A stretch of 44,693 nt of DNA from a virus. Positions 7,622 to 17,426 of this stretch are shown in pieces. The position numbers and the translations under genes were made by a program. The notes below the pieces were generated by a model. The model was not told the DNA's origin, made no database searches, and was given only the letters and a program-made list of their open reading frames with translations. How positions within the stretch are numbered: the stretch's first letter is position 1; each line of letters starts with the position of its first letter. The stretch lies in the UHGV virus genome UHGV-0200912; one strand, 5' to 3'.

Positions 7622-7776
7622 AACATTACCGCGACGCCATAACCGTAGGAAAAGTGAAGTGCATGTACTCCGTCCTTCATCGTGGCTGGCTAATGCCATC
7701 TGGTGAAGTGGTAAGAAACCCGTTAAAGGCTCAGAGGCTGGCTGAAGAGCTGGACACGAAAAGAGGTGCGCAATGA
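7618..7776 (+). CDS. small hypothetical protein (52 aa), translationally coupled on both sides
   Basis: ATG 7618 overlaps the exonuclease TGA; its TGA overlaps the methylase ATG 7773; not in the ORF track. Confidence 0.4.
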   Translation: MKHYRDAITVGKVKCMYSVLHRGWLMPSGEVVRNPLKAQRLAEELDTKRGAQ

Positions 7777-8300
7777 CTGACTACGGCGGATCGAAAACTC
7801 CAAAAAATGAACGTGACTACTGGCAAACGCCGATTGAAATTTTCAACGCGCTCGACCGCGAGTTTGGCTTCTGGCTGGATGCTGCAGCCTCTGAGAGTAA
7901 CGCGCTATGCGCTCACTATCTCACTGAGCTGGATGACTCGCTGAATAGCGAATGGACGTCATACGGGGCGATATGGTGTAACCCGCCCTATTCCGATATC
8001 GGTCCATGGGTGGAAAAAGCTGCTGAACAATCCCGGGCGCAGTCTCAGGCCGTAGTGATGCTGTTACCTGCTGACATCTCTACTAGCTGGTTTATTTCAG
8101 CCATGCAATCAGCTGATGAACTCAGGCTGATAACCGGCGGCCGTGTTCAGTTTGTTCCGGCATCCGTTACAGGAAAGCGCCAGAGCAACCCCAAAGGCTC
8201 GCTCCTGTTTATCTGGCGCCCGTACATCACCCCGCGACACATCATCACGACCGTATCGCTGGCTGAGTTAAAGCGGATCGGAAATCTGGAGGCAGCATGA
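7773..8300 (+). CDS. phage-type DNA N6-adenine methyltransferase (Dam-like)
   Basis: NPPY motif (CNPPYSDIGPW); WQTP...FWLDAAA N-terminal motif; 175 aa. Confidence 0.8.
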   Translation: MTDYGGSKTPKNERDYWQTPIEIFNALDREFGFWLDAAASESNALCAHYLTELDDSLNSEWTSYGAIWCNPPYSDIGPWVEKAAEQSRAQSQAVVMLLPADISTSWFISAMQSADELRLITGGRVQFVPASVTGKRQSNPKGSLLFIWRPYITPRHIITTVSLAELKRIGNLEAA

Positions 8301-8518
8301 CGCCTGAAGAAAAAGAAAACGCTCTCCGCGCCCAGGCTCGTCGCTGCGCAGAAGAGATAACCAAAGCGATGAGCGTAAAGCCTAAACCGAAGTGGAACGC
8401 TGTATGCCCCCCCATCCTTCGCAAGCACTACGAGAAGGTAAAGCCGATGGGTGTCAGCCTGGTGAAATTTGTCAGTGTTATTGGCCGCATGAATGGGCGG
8501 TATGGAGTGGAATCATGA
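8297..8518 (+). CDS. hypothetical protein
   Basis: ATGA overlaps at both ends. Confidence 0.45.
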   Translation: MTPEEKENALRAQARRCAEEITKAMSVKPKPKWNAVCPPILRKHYEKVKPMGVSLVKFVSVIGRMNGRYGVES

Positions 8519-9192
8519 AAGAACGCGGAATGATATTCAACGGGGAGATGGTGCGCGCCATCCTCGACGGTCGGAAGATGCAGACCCGGCGGCCTATCAA
8601 ATGGAAACAGACTCGGTTCACTGAAATTGGTGAGCGTGAAGACGGTAGCAAATGGCCGTGGAGCGAAGATGCAGAGCATGCTTTCGATTTCTGGCATCCA
8701 TGTCCGTTCGGTTCCGTCGGCGATCGTATCTGGGTGCGAGAGACGTTTCAGGGGCCGCTATTCGATTTCGACCTTATGGATAGCTATTGCAAAGACTCAA
8801 CTCCTTTTGAGAAGTCAGAGTTTTGTGTTTACAAGGCTGACGGCGTGCCTGCACCAGAGTTTTACGATGCAGATGATGAACTGCATTGCTGCTGGCGACC
8901 ATCTATCCATATGCCGCGCTGGGCCAGCCGCATTCTGCTGGAAATCACCGACGTGCGGGTTGAGCGGCTGAACGCTATCAGCGAGGAAGATGCCACTGCC
9001 GAAGGCGTTCCGCCTGCAGGGAGTTTGCTTCCTGATTACCCGGGAACATTCCTGACTCCGAAAGGTGATTTCGCAACGGCCAAGGTTGCATTCCAGCGTC
9101 TGTGGGAATCCATCTACGGCGAAGAAAGCTGGAATGCTAATCCCTGGGTTTGGGTAATTTCTTTTGAGCGCATTGAAGGCGGTGCAGCATGA
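8515..9192 (+). CDS. ASCH (PUA-like) domain protein
   Basis: N-terminal MIFNGEMVRAILDGRKMQTRR is the hallmark ASCH motif; start at 8515 by ATGA overlap rather than the longer track ORF. Confidence 0.6.
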   Translation: MKERGMIFNGEMVRAILDGRKMQTRRPIKWKQTRFTEIGEREDGSKWPWSEDAEHAFDFWHPCPFGSVGDRIWVRETFQGPLFDFDLMDSYCKDSTPFEKSEFCVYKADGVPAPEFYDADDELHCCWRPSIHMPRWASRILLEITDVRVERLNAISEEDATAEGVPPAGSLLPDYPGTFLTPKGDFATAKVAFQRLWESIYGEESWNANPWVWVISFERIEGGAA

Positions 9193-9893
9193 GCTTCTTT
9201 GAAATCGACTCCCGATTTTTGATCGATACAGCATTTCACCGCCTGGAAATCATCCGTGATGATGGCCTGTATCGACACCTGCGTATGCAGCAGCCCGAAA
9301 CGTCCTGTTATTACTACGACGTTATCACTTGGCCTGGTTACTTGACCGTAACCGGCGACATGGGAACTTGGACATTCAGTCGCATCGCGGACATGTTCGA
9401 CTTTTTTGGCGCCTGGGAAGGTGGAATCAATACCCATTATTGGGCTGAAAAGCTGGAGGCTGGCGCGGGATGTTCGGCACGAGAAATGCTGGCAAAAGAG
9501 TATGACCACGACGCGTTCTGCAAAAGCCTGAAAGAGTCTCTGAGTGATTACCTGAAGGACGATGAAGATGCTGAGACAGAAGAGGATGAAGACTGGGACG
9601 ACGATGACGATACACCGGATAGCGACAAAGCAGTGGTACGCGAAATCGTCCGCGACTTGTGCCGAGCTGGCTTCAATAACGAATGGGAGGCTTATCAGGC
9701 TGTTTATGACGCTGATTGGCCAGCTGGTTGGAGCGCCTGGGATGTCTGCGAAGGCCTGACATTTAAAACGTATACCAGCCATTTCCGATGGATTCTGTTC
9801 GCCATCACATGGGCAATCAGCAAATACCACAACGCGAAGATTGTTGATAAAGCGATGGCTACGTTTTTGGCCGTTAAGGGAGTTTCAGCATGA
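9189..9893 (+). CDS. hypothetical protein with a poly-acidic tract (DEDAETEEDEDWDDDDDTPDSD)
   Basis: 234 aa; ATGA overlap at start. Confidence 0.5.
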   Translation: MSFFEIDSRFLIDTAFHRLEIIRDDGLYRHLRMQQPETSCYYYDVITWPGYLTVTGDMGTWTFSRIADMFDFFGAWEGGINTHYWAEKLEAGAGCSAREMLAKEYDHDAFCKSLKESLSDYLKDDEDAETEEDEDWDDDDDTPDSDKAVVREIVRDLCRAGFNNEWEAYQAVYDADWPAGWSAWDVCEGLTFKTYTSHFRWILFAITWAISKYHNAKIVDKAMATFLAVKGVSA

Positions 9894-10108
9894 GCGCAGA
9901 AATCATCGTTCAGGCCAACGAGCTGGCAGAGCGCCGGCTGGAAATGACCATCCAGAGCATGCGGATCAACCATGCGGCAGTTTCAGCTACTCACTGCCGC
10001 GACTGCGGGGAAGAGATACCAGAACCGCGCCGGGAAGCTGTGGCGGGCTGTCAGCGCTGTGCTGACTGTCAGGAAGAGTTTGAAGAACGTGGTAAGCATC
10101 GGAGGTGA
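9890..10108 (+). CDS. TraR/DksA-family C4 zinc-finger protein
   Basis: CRDCGEEIP...CQRCADCQ, two CxxC pairs; 72 aa. Confidence 0.65.
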   Translation: MSAEIIVQANELAERRLEMTIQSMRINHAAVSATHCRDCGEEIPEPRREAVAGCQRCADCQEEFEERGKHRR

Positions 10109-10110
10109 TA

Positions 10111-10445
10111 TGGCATCTGACAAACCGATAACAGCACAGCAGGCCGCCGATTTGCTCATCGTGTCGGCGCGGGTGATCTACCGCCTGATTGAGTCTGGGG
10201 AGCTCGCTGGCCGCAAGGTCGGCAACAAGTACAGAACGACCGAAGCAGCTTGTATTGCATATTTGAAAACCCCGCGCGATCCTGTCATCGCGAACGCGGG
10301 TGAACATAAAGGAGAAGTTTTATGTCAATCACCCTCAGGGGCGGCGTGTGGCACTGTCATTTCTTTACGCCGTCAGGAAAAAGAGTTAGGCGATCTCTTG
10401 GCACGGGGGACAAAAAGCAGGCTCAGGAGCTCCACGACAAGCTGA
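10111..10445 (+). CDS. xis: excisionase-like HTH DNA-binding protein overlapping the int start
   Basis: GGAGGTG RBS; [32 protein letters not shown] helix-turn-helix; overlaps int by about 120 nt. Confidence 0.55.
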
Positions 10446-11485
10446 AGGCGGAAACGTGGCGGGTTGACCAGATCGGCGACCTGCCCGTCAGAACCTTTGA
10501 AGAGTGCTGCATCCGGTGGCTGCGGGAAAAGGACCATAAGCGATCGCTGGATGATGACAAAACCAAAATTGAGTTTTGGCTGCAGCATTTTTCCGGCCGT
10601 GATGTCTCGAAGATAACGGCGGATGAAGTTCATGAAGCCGTTAACGGGATGATCAACCGTAAACACCTGCAGGTGTGGGAGAGTAAGCGTGATGCCGCGC
10701 TGAGGAAGGGTAAGCCTGTTCCGGAGTACAAACCACGGCAGGTTTCGCAGGCGACGAAGGCGCAACACCTTTCCTTCATTCGATCCCTTCTCAGGGCCGC
10801 GGCGAATGACTGGGGCTGGATAAAAACAGCTCCTGTTATCAAAACCCGCAAGCCGATCAGTAAGCGGATACGGTGGCTGACCAGAGAAGAAGCTGAGCGG
10901 TTGATCGAGTGCATGCCGGAGAGCATTAAGCCAGTGGTGATATTTGCACTGGCAACCGGCCTGCGCCGCTCAAACATCATTGGGCTTGAGTGGCAACAGG
11001 TCGATATGCAGAGAAAGGTTGCATGGGTAAATCCGGAGAACGCAAAAGCGGGCAAGGCGATTGGCGTAGCTCTGAATGATACCGCATGCAGGGTATTAAG
11101 GGATCAGATAGGGAAGCATTCCCGGTGGGTGTTCGTTCACACGACGGCAAAGCATCGCCCTGATGGAACGCTGACGCCCGCGGTTAGAAAAATGCGTGTG
11201 GATGACAATAACGCCTGGCGAGCCGGGTTGAAAAAAGCGGGGATCGAGGATTTCCGTTTTCACGACCTCCGGCACACCTGGGCGAGCTGGCTTATTCAGT
11301 CCGGCGTCCCACTTTCTGTTTTGCAGGAAATGGGAGGATGGGAGAGCATCGAGATGGTACGTCGTTATGCTCACCTGGCGCCGAACCACCTGACCGAACA
11401 CGCACGGAAAATTGACGCCATTTTTGGCGCTAGCGACACAAATACGACACAAGGAGGAAATCAGGCTGGTTTGAAACTTGCATAA
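10322..11485 (+). CDS. int: tyrosine integrase
   Basis: C-terminal [15 protein letters not shown]...VRRYAHL (R..HxxR..Y catalytic motif); 387 aa; 3' end points at the att core. Confidence 0.9.
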   Translation: MSITLRGGVWHCHFFTPSGKRVRRSLGTGDKKQAQELHDKLKAETWRVDQIGDLPVRTFEECCIRWLREKDHKRSLDDDKTKIEFWLQHFSGRDVSKITADEVHEAVNGMINRKHLQVWESKRDAALRKGKPVPEYKPRQVSQATKAQHLSFIRSLLRAAANDWGWIKTAPVIKTRKPISKRIRWLTREEAERLIECMPESIKPVVIFALATGLRRSNIIGLEWQQVDMQRKVAWVNPENAKAGKAIGVALNDTACRVLRDQIGKHSRWVFVHTTAKHRPDGTLTPAVRKMRVDDNNAWRAGLKKAGIEDFRFHDLRHTWASWLIQSGVPLSVLQEMGGWESIEMVRRYAHLAPNHLTEHARKIDAIFGASDTNTTQGGNQAGLKLA

Positions 11486-11500
11486 GTGCTTGTTTCTTAA

Positions 11501-11545
11501 TGGCACGCCCTACAGGATTCGAACCTGTGACCTACGGCTTAGAAG
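11501..11545 (-). other. attP core: 45-nt copy of the 3' half of a tRNA-Arg(UCU) gene, anticodon loop to CCA
   Basis: reverse complement reads CTTCTAAGCCGTAGGTCACAGGTTCGAATCCTGTAGGGCGTGCCA, closely resembling the E. coli argU 3' half; the upstream part cannot form an anticodon stem, so it is a fragment and not a gene. Confidence 0.7.
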
Positions 11546-11605
11546 AAAGTAGAGCGTTAAATAACACACTGTAATCACACATGTTTTCCGCGTTCGCATC
11601 CGGTT

Positions 11606-11625
11606 TTGTGTCGTTTCGTGTCGTT
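11606..11625. repeat. tandem GTGTCGTTTC/GTGTCGTTTG in the attP arm (candidate Int arm-type or accessory sites)
   Basis: direct reading; a related inverted copy cgacacagaaaccacg lies at about 11664. Confidence 0.3.
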
Positions 11626-11712
11626 TGAATACATCCCTGTCTTTATCGTGCATTCCTGTCACGCCACATCTACGACACAGAAACCACGAACTCTTCCACT
11701 CATTGACAGCAA

Positions 11713-11937
11713 CTAAATAACCGCATTGTCCTGGCGCACATCGCAGATAGTAAACGTCACGATGCCGATGACAGTAACATTGTCCAGGGCTTCACCCTCG
11801 ATCGCTTCACCATCTTCGGTAATCAGCGACTTTCCTCTCAATGTGGCAAGTTCCGTCCCGCCGCCGTGCTGGATCAGAACCTGACTTCCCTGCTTTGGCT
11901 TCAGGGAGATATCCAGCACAACGTAACCGCAGAAATC
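11713..11937 (-). CDS. in-frame continuation of the tail fibre gene past an amber codon (readthrough extension or truncated remnant)
   Basis: same reading frame as 11938..12672, separated only by TAG at 11938..11940; 6 sense codons then a 68-codon ORF. Confidence 0.4.
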   Translation of the reverse strand, partial: DFCGYVVLDISLKPKQGSQVLIQHGGGTELATLRGKSLITEDGEAIEGEALDNVTVIGIVTFTICDVRQDNAVI

Positions 11938-12672
11938 CTAGAGCGGAACACCTACAGCCTTAGCCCACGCCATCCACTGAGTGGCGGCTTTTGTAATTTC
12001 ATCATCTGTCAACGCAACAGTGTGTAAAGCAGAAAATCGGTGAATCCCTGCGTTCGTTAGATCAGCCTGGTAACTACCGCCGATACGCAGTTTTGCCCCC
12101 AAATCCGCCGGGTCGCCCATATCTGTTGTTTTCTCTGCTGACAGAGCTTTGTTCAGGATTTGAAAGTCCATTTTTTGTCCCGATTTAAAACGCGCGCACA
12201 CTAAATAGTTTGTGTTTGCCAGCAACCCACCGAGCGCGACTGTACGCTGCGTCGACACGCTACCGTTGAGAGTGTTTACCGAAAAGTTCAGGGTCATGCT
12301 GGTAGATCCAGGCTGCGTTCTGAGCACTACGCCCTGCGTGGTTCCTGAGCCAGATTGCCGGGGCCCGTTAAAATTGCTGAGCAGCAGAATCTGTGAAAGG
12401 GTCGGACAGTTGAAGATTGTGAAAAAAGTAAAGTCCAGAGGCTGAAGAATACCCGTATCAAGCAATGTGCCTGCAGGCGTAAACTGGACGCCATTTTCCT
12501 GCACAACAGGCGAACCCAGTACCGTTGCAGCTACCCCATCCGGTGCGAGGTTTCGACCGGTTTTATCTGCCTCTCCATAAAAATTCAAATATTTCAGGCC
12601 ACGGCGAACGAGCGGGTCAAAACCCAGGCCTTTATCACCAAAATAACCCGGAACAATAATACGCGAACCCAT
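11938..12672 (-). CDS. putative side tail fibre or receptor-binding protein (N-terminal 244 aa before the amber stop)
   Basis: last structural gene before attP; beta-rich, S/T/N/G-rich sequence. Confidence 0.5.
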   Translation of the reverse strand: MGSRIIVPGYFGDKGLGFDPLVRRGLKYLNFYGEADKTGRNLAPDGVAATVLGSPVVQENGVQFTPAGTLLDTGILQPLDFTFFTIFNCPTLSQILLLSNFNGPRQSGSGTTQGVVLRTQPGSTSMTLNFSVNTLNGSVSTQRTVALGGLLANTNYLVCARFKSGQKMDFQILNKALSAEKTTDMGDPADLGAKLRIGGSYQADLTNAGIHRFSALHTVALTDDEITKAATQWMAWAKAVGVPL

Positions 12673-12684
12673 AATTTGTTTTCC

Positions 12685-14868
12685 TTAAATAGCGATTGCC
12701 TGGCGACGAAATGCCACACAGGGGTTATTCAGTGGGTATGGACGGTTTACCAGCTCTGGAATATTTGATTCCGGATATTGCCCTGTCCCTTCATGAAATT
12801 CGTAATTCGCAACAGCGACCGTTGTGTCGCTGTCAAACAGATTTCCGTTACCGTTACTTCCGGTCTGGCTGGCGTACCATAGATAAACATCGCCGGTCGT
12901 TTCACGCCCCAGCGTAATATCGACTACGGTATCGGCTACAATTTCGACACGCGTCACCGGAACGTCCCCGGCATCGTCAGTGACTCTGAATCCTTTTGCG
13001 GCATACGTCGTCGGAGATGAACCCACGTAGCATGATCGAAACTGAAGCGGCGGGCTCCACACCAGGAAATCCGCACGCAGGAATGTTCCGCTCAGCGTGA
13101 CTGACAGGGGTTGCAGTGGACGCCAGTTCTGGCGACGATCAATTGCACGATGGAGCACTTTTCCGAACTGCATTCCCAGCCAGCGGTAGCCGTTCGCGTC
13201 AAGATGGCCACCCTTGTCGGTGACAGCATACGCCGGTGATGCCATCATTACGTTTGCATCTGCTGCACAGATATCGAGCTGAGCCTCGCCAATGCTCATA
13301 TTCGTGCTGTCGCGCGTCCAGCTGCCGCTGGTCTGATACAGCACAGTCAGGGGGGGCTCTGTCTGCCCGGTGATAGCGGTAGTATCGGTAATGACATCAT
13401 CAATGAGCTTTCTCAGGAGTGCTCTGTATTCTGCGCGGTCTGTCGCCCCTCCTTTTGTGCTGTCATAGTTATATTCATTGCCAAGATATAAAAAACCCAC
13501 CACGCCGCAGGTTTTACCTTCGGCATCAGCAATGGCTTTAATCTGGGTAACGGCTGAAATGATCCGGTTGTAGAATCCCCAGGAATGGCCTTTAGAGAGA
13601 TGTTCAATAATCTGCCCGCCCACACCGCAGTTCACAGCCACAATTTTGCGCTCATCCGTTACCACTCCCCGGAACTGTAACTGCATTTCCCGCCACATCC
13701 ACATCGCGCCAATATCGACGGTTTCACCGAAATTGTTAGCCCCACGAGGCAGTGCGGCCACAGCCTCATCGGTCATAAGGTTTCCGCCGTCAGGAGGGGC
13801 GATTAAATCCTGCACCACCGCACGGGCTGATCTGATTTCAGCTCCGTTCAACGGCGTAAATGTTGAACCATTCTCATTTTTTGGCCGGACGGAGTCACCG
13901 AGCATATTAATGTTCAGAGTAGCGCGAATGTCCTTGCTCAGTGCAGCCCATCCCTCATTCCCGTTACTCAGCGACTGGCCGTCTGTGATCAGAATATTGT
14001 AATCGTAAACCGGCCGAGCAATACGCGTATTAATTTCGTCTCGTGCGGCAGCAGCAGCGGCAAGATTTGCTGCATTTCTGCGTGAAATGTCATCTACCCC
14101 ATCGTTATTCTGATCGCTTTGCTCACCATTGAGATTCATCAGGACAAATCCCACACTGTCGCGAAATACAAAACCAGAAATATCCGCGTCAGATTCAGCA
14201 CTGAATGCCTCAGTCACCAATCGCTGCTGCTCAACGACAGGCTGAACACTGTCAACAGAGCTGAGCAGAGGAGCCCCTATTTGCTGAATAACGAATCCGA
14301 CGCTATCCCGGAACACAAAACCATCAATAAACTCATCATACTCAGCCGTCATCGCATTGCTCTGAATTGCATTCAGGCCGAATGCCGCCAGACGAAACCC
14401 CGCCTCATCATTAAGTGTCAGTAAAGGAGAATCAGCATCATCAGTAGCAATGAGAGATGAGATATAGTCAAGAACTGCCTGGATGGCCGCTTGAGAAGGC
14501 ATTCTACGCCCGGTTGCTGTCAGCGTCCCAGCCACATTCATGTACTCGTCAGCCAGCGCGCTGCTGTCCGGGCTACGCACATAGGTGCTGCTGCCTTCTG
14601 GAATATTAGCGATATCCGCTTGCGCTTCCGCTAAGGTCATATACTGCCGGCTAAGAGGGATCAGGTTCTGTCGCGTTTCTTCAACGACTTTATCCCCTTC
14701 CGCCTTAATTCCGTCTACGGTGTAGTGCTCTCCGCCGAGGCGATCGGTGTATGTCAGCTCTGTACTGGTGACAACTTTATCCAGCATGGCGCCTGCATAA
14801 ACTGCGTCCCGGATATCAGTGCTGGGTACCGGGTTGTCGGTTGGAGTTGGTAACGGTACTTCTGCCAT
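12685..14868 (-). CDS. tailspike/tail fibre with SASA/SGNH-type carbohydrate esterase domain and N-terminal internal repeats
   Basis: ILITDGQSLSNGNEG matches the sialate-O-acetylesterase/SGNH block I (GQS catalytic Ser); duplicated about 50-aa segment ISGFVFRDSVGFV; 727 aa. Confidence 0.55.
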   Translation of the reverse strand: MAEVPLPTPTDNPVPSTDIRDAVYAGAMLDKVVTSTELTYTDRLGGEHYTVDGIKAEGDKVVEETRQNLIPLSRQYMTLAEAQADIANIPEGSSTYVRSPDSSALADEYMNVAGTLTATGRRMPSQAAIQAVLDYISSLIATDDADSPLLTLNDEAGFRLAAFGLNAIQSNAMTAEYDEFIDGFVFRDSVGFVIQQIGAPLLSSVDSVQPVVEQQRLVTEAFSAESDADISGFVFRDSVGFVLMNLNGEQSDQNNDGVDDISRRNAANLAAAAAARDEINTRIARPVYDYNILITDGQSLSNGNEGWAALSKDIRATLNINMLGDSVRPKNENGSTFTPLNGAEIRSARAVVQDLIAPPDGGNLMTDEAVAALPRGANNFGETVDIGAMWMWREMQLQFRGVVTDERKIVAVNCGVGGQIIEHLSKGHSWGFYNRIISAVTQIKAIADAEGKTCGVVGFLYLGNEYNYDSTKGGATDRAEYRALLRKLIDDVITDTTAITGQTEPPLTVLYQTSGSWTRDSTNMSIGEAQLDICAADANVMMASPAYAVTDKGGHLDANGYRWLGMQFGKVLHRAIDRRQNWRPLQPLSVTLSGTFLRADFLVWSPPLQFRSCYVGSSPTTYAAKGFRVTDDAGDVPVTRVEIVADTVVDITLGRETTGDVYLWYASQTGSNGNGNLFDSDTTVAVANYEFHEGTGQYPESNIPELVNRPYPLNNPCVAFRRQAIAI

Positions 14869-14954
14869 TGTGCATGTCGCCCTATAAAAGGCGCACGAAG
14901 CCCTCAGAAGTGAATCTGATGGTGTGCGCGAAGGTTGGTAATTACTGCTGTGTG

Positions 14955-17426
14955 TTACGGATAAATCGAGTCTGAATACTCAGTCAGGGAAAGCGTTTGA
15001 GTATCGTCACCGTTTGGTTTTGCGCTATCGACGCGCCAGATTGTGGAGTTGAGTTCCGAGTCGGTAGCGATGAAATACCGGCTGGGGTTTTGTACCGTAC
15101 TGCGGTCATAAATGGCCAGGTCGAAGGTATCGGCTGCAGCCTGAAATGCTTTTGGCTTGCCGCTTACCGGATAGGCCCGCCAGCGACCGCGGTAATTGCC
15201 GAGACTGTCAGTCATCACCACCCACATATCGCCGAGAGAAAAGTCGATACGCTCTGATGTCGAAAACACGTCGCCGGATCGCCCGGTGATATAGCCTGTT
15301 TGCTGCGCGTTATCGTACATGTCAGGACACTGAACCACCGTACCGCGCACCACCTGAGTCGACTCCAGCACTTTCACCGTCATGGTCAGGCGTGAGTAGA
15401 GAATTTTCCTCGCCTCAAGCCAGGCCCTGTCGGTTGCCTGAGTGGCGTTGCGGCAGCCGTCCAGGCTGATCTGCATCGCGTTAACAGTAGCGTCGGAAAT
15501 TTCACTTATTCCGGAGGTCCCCACGTTTAGGTATATGTAGGTCTTTTTGTTAGTTGAAGGGTCGACGTAGTCGAGCGTCACGCCGTCATACCCACCAGGT
15601 AAAGACATTTTCCATGACAACTTGTAATCTTCCCAGAACATATTCGAACGGGCGAAAACCGCATCTGGGTTAGAAACCCTTTCATCACGCCAGAATGTAA
15701 GAACATCACCGATCCAGTTAAAACTAACGCGAGCTACGTTACAGATAGTCTGTATTCGCTCACCTAGCGGCTGATTTTCATCGGAAAATGTCCAGTCAAA
15801 ATAACCAAGCTGAGCATCTGGCAGCGAGTCTTTAATGGCGTAAAGCGAAGGTAAATCAAGCCTGGATGGATCCTGTTTGCCAATGATCACCCACTCATGT
15901 AGTACGGCGTCAGCAAATGACCTGCTGGGCCGCAATGCAAAGTCAATGCCGCTTGACGTCCATGATATGACCTTCCTCTGCACCAGACAGTTATATTTAC
16001 GATCTGACGCTACAGTCTGTGTTTCCGTCTGTCTGACAGTGACCCTGACAATTGTGTCATCGGTATATACTACGTTTTTACGGATGGTTACAGCATGCGC
16101 GCCGGACAAATACAGTACTGAGTTGCTGGCCGAGTTATTGGTTCGCTCAGCTCTAAAGGCATAACGTCCAAAACCCGCAACAGGTGTTATTTTGTATGTC
16201 CGGTAAATGTAATCCTGATTGCCTCCATCGTTATGCACGTTTACATCAATGCTCTCTTCGGTACCAGGTATCTGGTTGTTATCGGTGTCGACCTGCCACC
16301 ATGTGATACGGGCAGGCCCGTCATATCCGCCTGCTTCATTCGCGTAGAGGTGCACCCAAAGCTGATCACCAGGGAGCGCCGCAAAAAATGGCCCAACCGC
16401 AATAGTCGAATACTGAGTCAGTGTGAAAAGAGTGCTGTTTACCGTGGCGTCTGCTGGCAATCCCTCAAAGTCTGGACCAGACAAATAGTTAAACCAAAAC
16501 TCATAGAATTGTTGCGGATCGATAAGTGTCCCATCATCTGATAGCGCAGAGTTAAACAAACTAGCAGATACATTAATGTTTTTTGTTACCAGCCCACTGG
16601 CTGTATTATATGACACATTTACAGTGATTGTGACCGAAAATGGTTTTGGAGAGTCATAGAAAACATCAAACTCATTTTGTTTTTCAATTTTTGCATAAAA
16701 CTGGCCTCCAGCGAAACTACCAGCCAGCAAATTATTCGTCGTGGCTTGATTAACGATATTTGATGTCTGCTCGTTGGTGCCAGGAAGCTCCTGCCCATCA
16801 ACATCGTCAAAGGCATATCCCTGAATAATCTCTGGGATTACCGTGCCTGGATGATAAACTTCATAGCTGGCGCCGGCCATAGCTACCAGAGAAGATTCGG
16901 AATAACGTACTGATGAAATATTGTAGTGTCCATAGCCTATCTCCATCCACTCTGTAACCATTTTATTATTACTGATGTATTCAAACATCGATTCCTGTAT
17001 GAGATCTGGATAGGCTCGTACTTGACCATAAATATTCGGCCTACCTTTATATAGACGGGCCCGGTTGGTCTGCTGGGTGACATCATTGTTGGGCGACTCT
17101 CCAGTTGCAACAGAAACGCCTCCGGATTTTGGTGCAAGACCGAGCAATTTCATTGCGCCAGAGAGAATTTTTGTGACCGGTCGTAATATGGTGTTGATCA
17201 GTTTCCCTACCCCACCCTCTGGCTGGTCGAATATAAGGACTACATCATTTCTGCACAGCGGATAAGTTATCTCGAAGTCGTCATCAAGTTCTCTGCCGTT
17301 AAGCTTAACTACCACATCATTGTGCAAATTCAGAGAATCAAGTAACTCAGCTAGCGGCGTTCCTTCCTCCGCAACTCCACGATGCTTTGGCGCGCCAGGA
17401 AGGCGTTGTAATTCATATCGAACCAT
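14955..17426 (-). CDS. tail tip/host-specificity protein (GTA gp15-like central fibre)
   Basis: about 824 aa after the NlpC/P60 tail gene; start refined to MVRYELQ (ATG 17426), overlapping the upstream gene by 14 nt. Confidence 0.55.
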   Translation of the reverse strand: MVRYELQRLPGAPKHRGVAEEGTPLAELLDSLNLHNDVVVKLNGRELDDDFEITYPLCRNDVVLIFDQPEGGVGKLINTILRPVTKILSGAMKLLGLAPKSGGVSVATGESPNNDVTQQTNRARLYKGRPNIYGQVRAYPDLIQESMFEYISNNKMVTEWMEIGYGHYNISSVRYSESSLVAMAGASYEVYHPGTVIPEIIQGYAFDDVDGQELPGTNEQTSNIVNQATTNNLLAGSFAGGQFYAKIEKQNEFDVFYDSPKPFSVTITVNVSYNTASGLVTKNINVSASLFNSALSDDGTLIDPQQFYEFWFNYLSGPDFEGLPADATVNSTLFTLTQYSTIAVGPFFAALPGDQLWVHLYANEAGGYDGPARITWWQVDTDNNQIPGTEESIDVNVHNDGGNQDYIYRTYKITPVAGFGRYAFRAERTNNSASNSVLYLSGAHAVTIRKNVVYTDDTIVRVTVRQTETQTVASDRKYNCLVQRKVISWTSSGIDFALRPSRSFADAVLHEWVIIGKQDPSRLDLPSLYAIKDSLPDAQLGYFDWTFSDENQPLGERIQTICNVARVSFNWIGDVLTFWRDERVSNPDAVFARSNMFWEDYKLSWKMSLPGGYDGVTLDYVDPSTNKKTYIYLNVGTSGISEISDATVNAMQISLDGCRNATQATDRAWLEARKILYSRLTMTVKVLESTQVVRGTVVQCPDMYDNAQQTGYITGRSGDVFSTSERIDFSLGDMWVVMTDSLGNYRGRWRAYPVSGKPKAFQAAADTFDLAIYDRSTVQNPSRYFIATDSELNSTIWRVDSAKPNGDDTQTLSLTEYSDSIYP

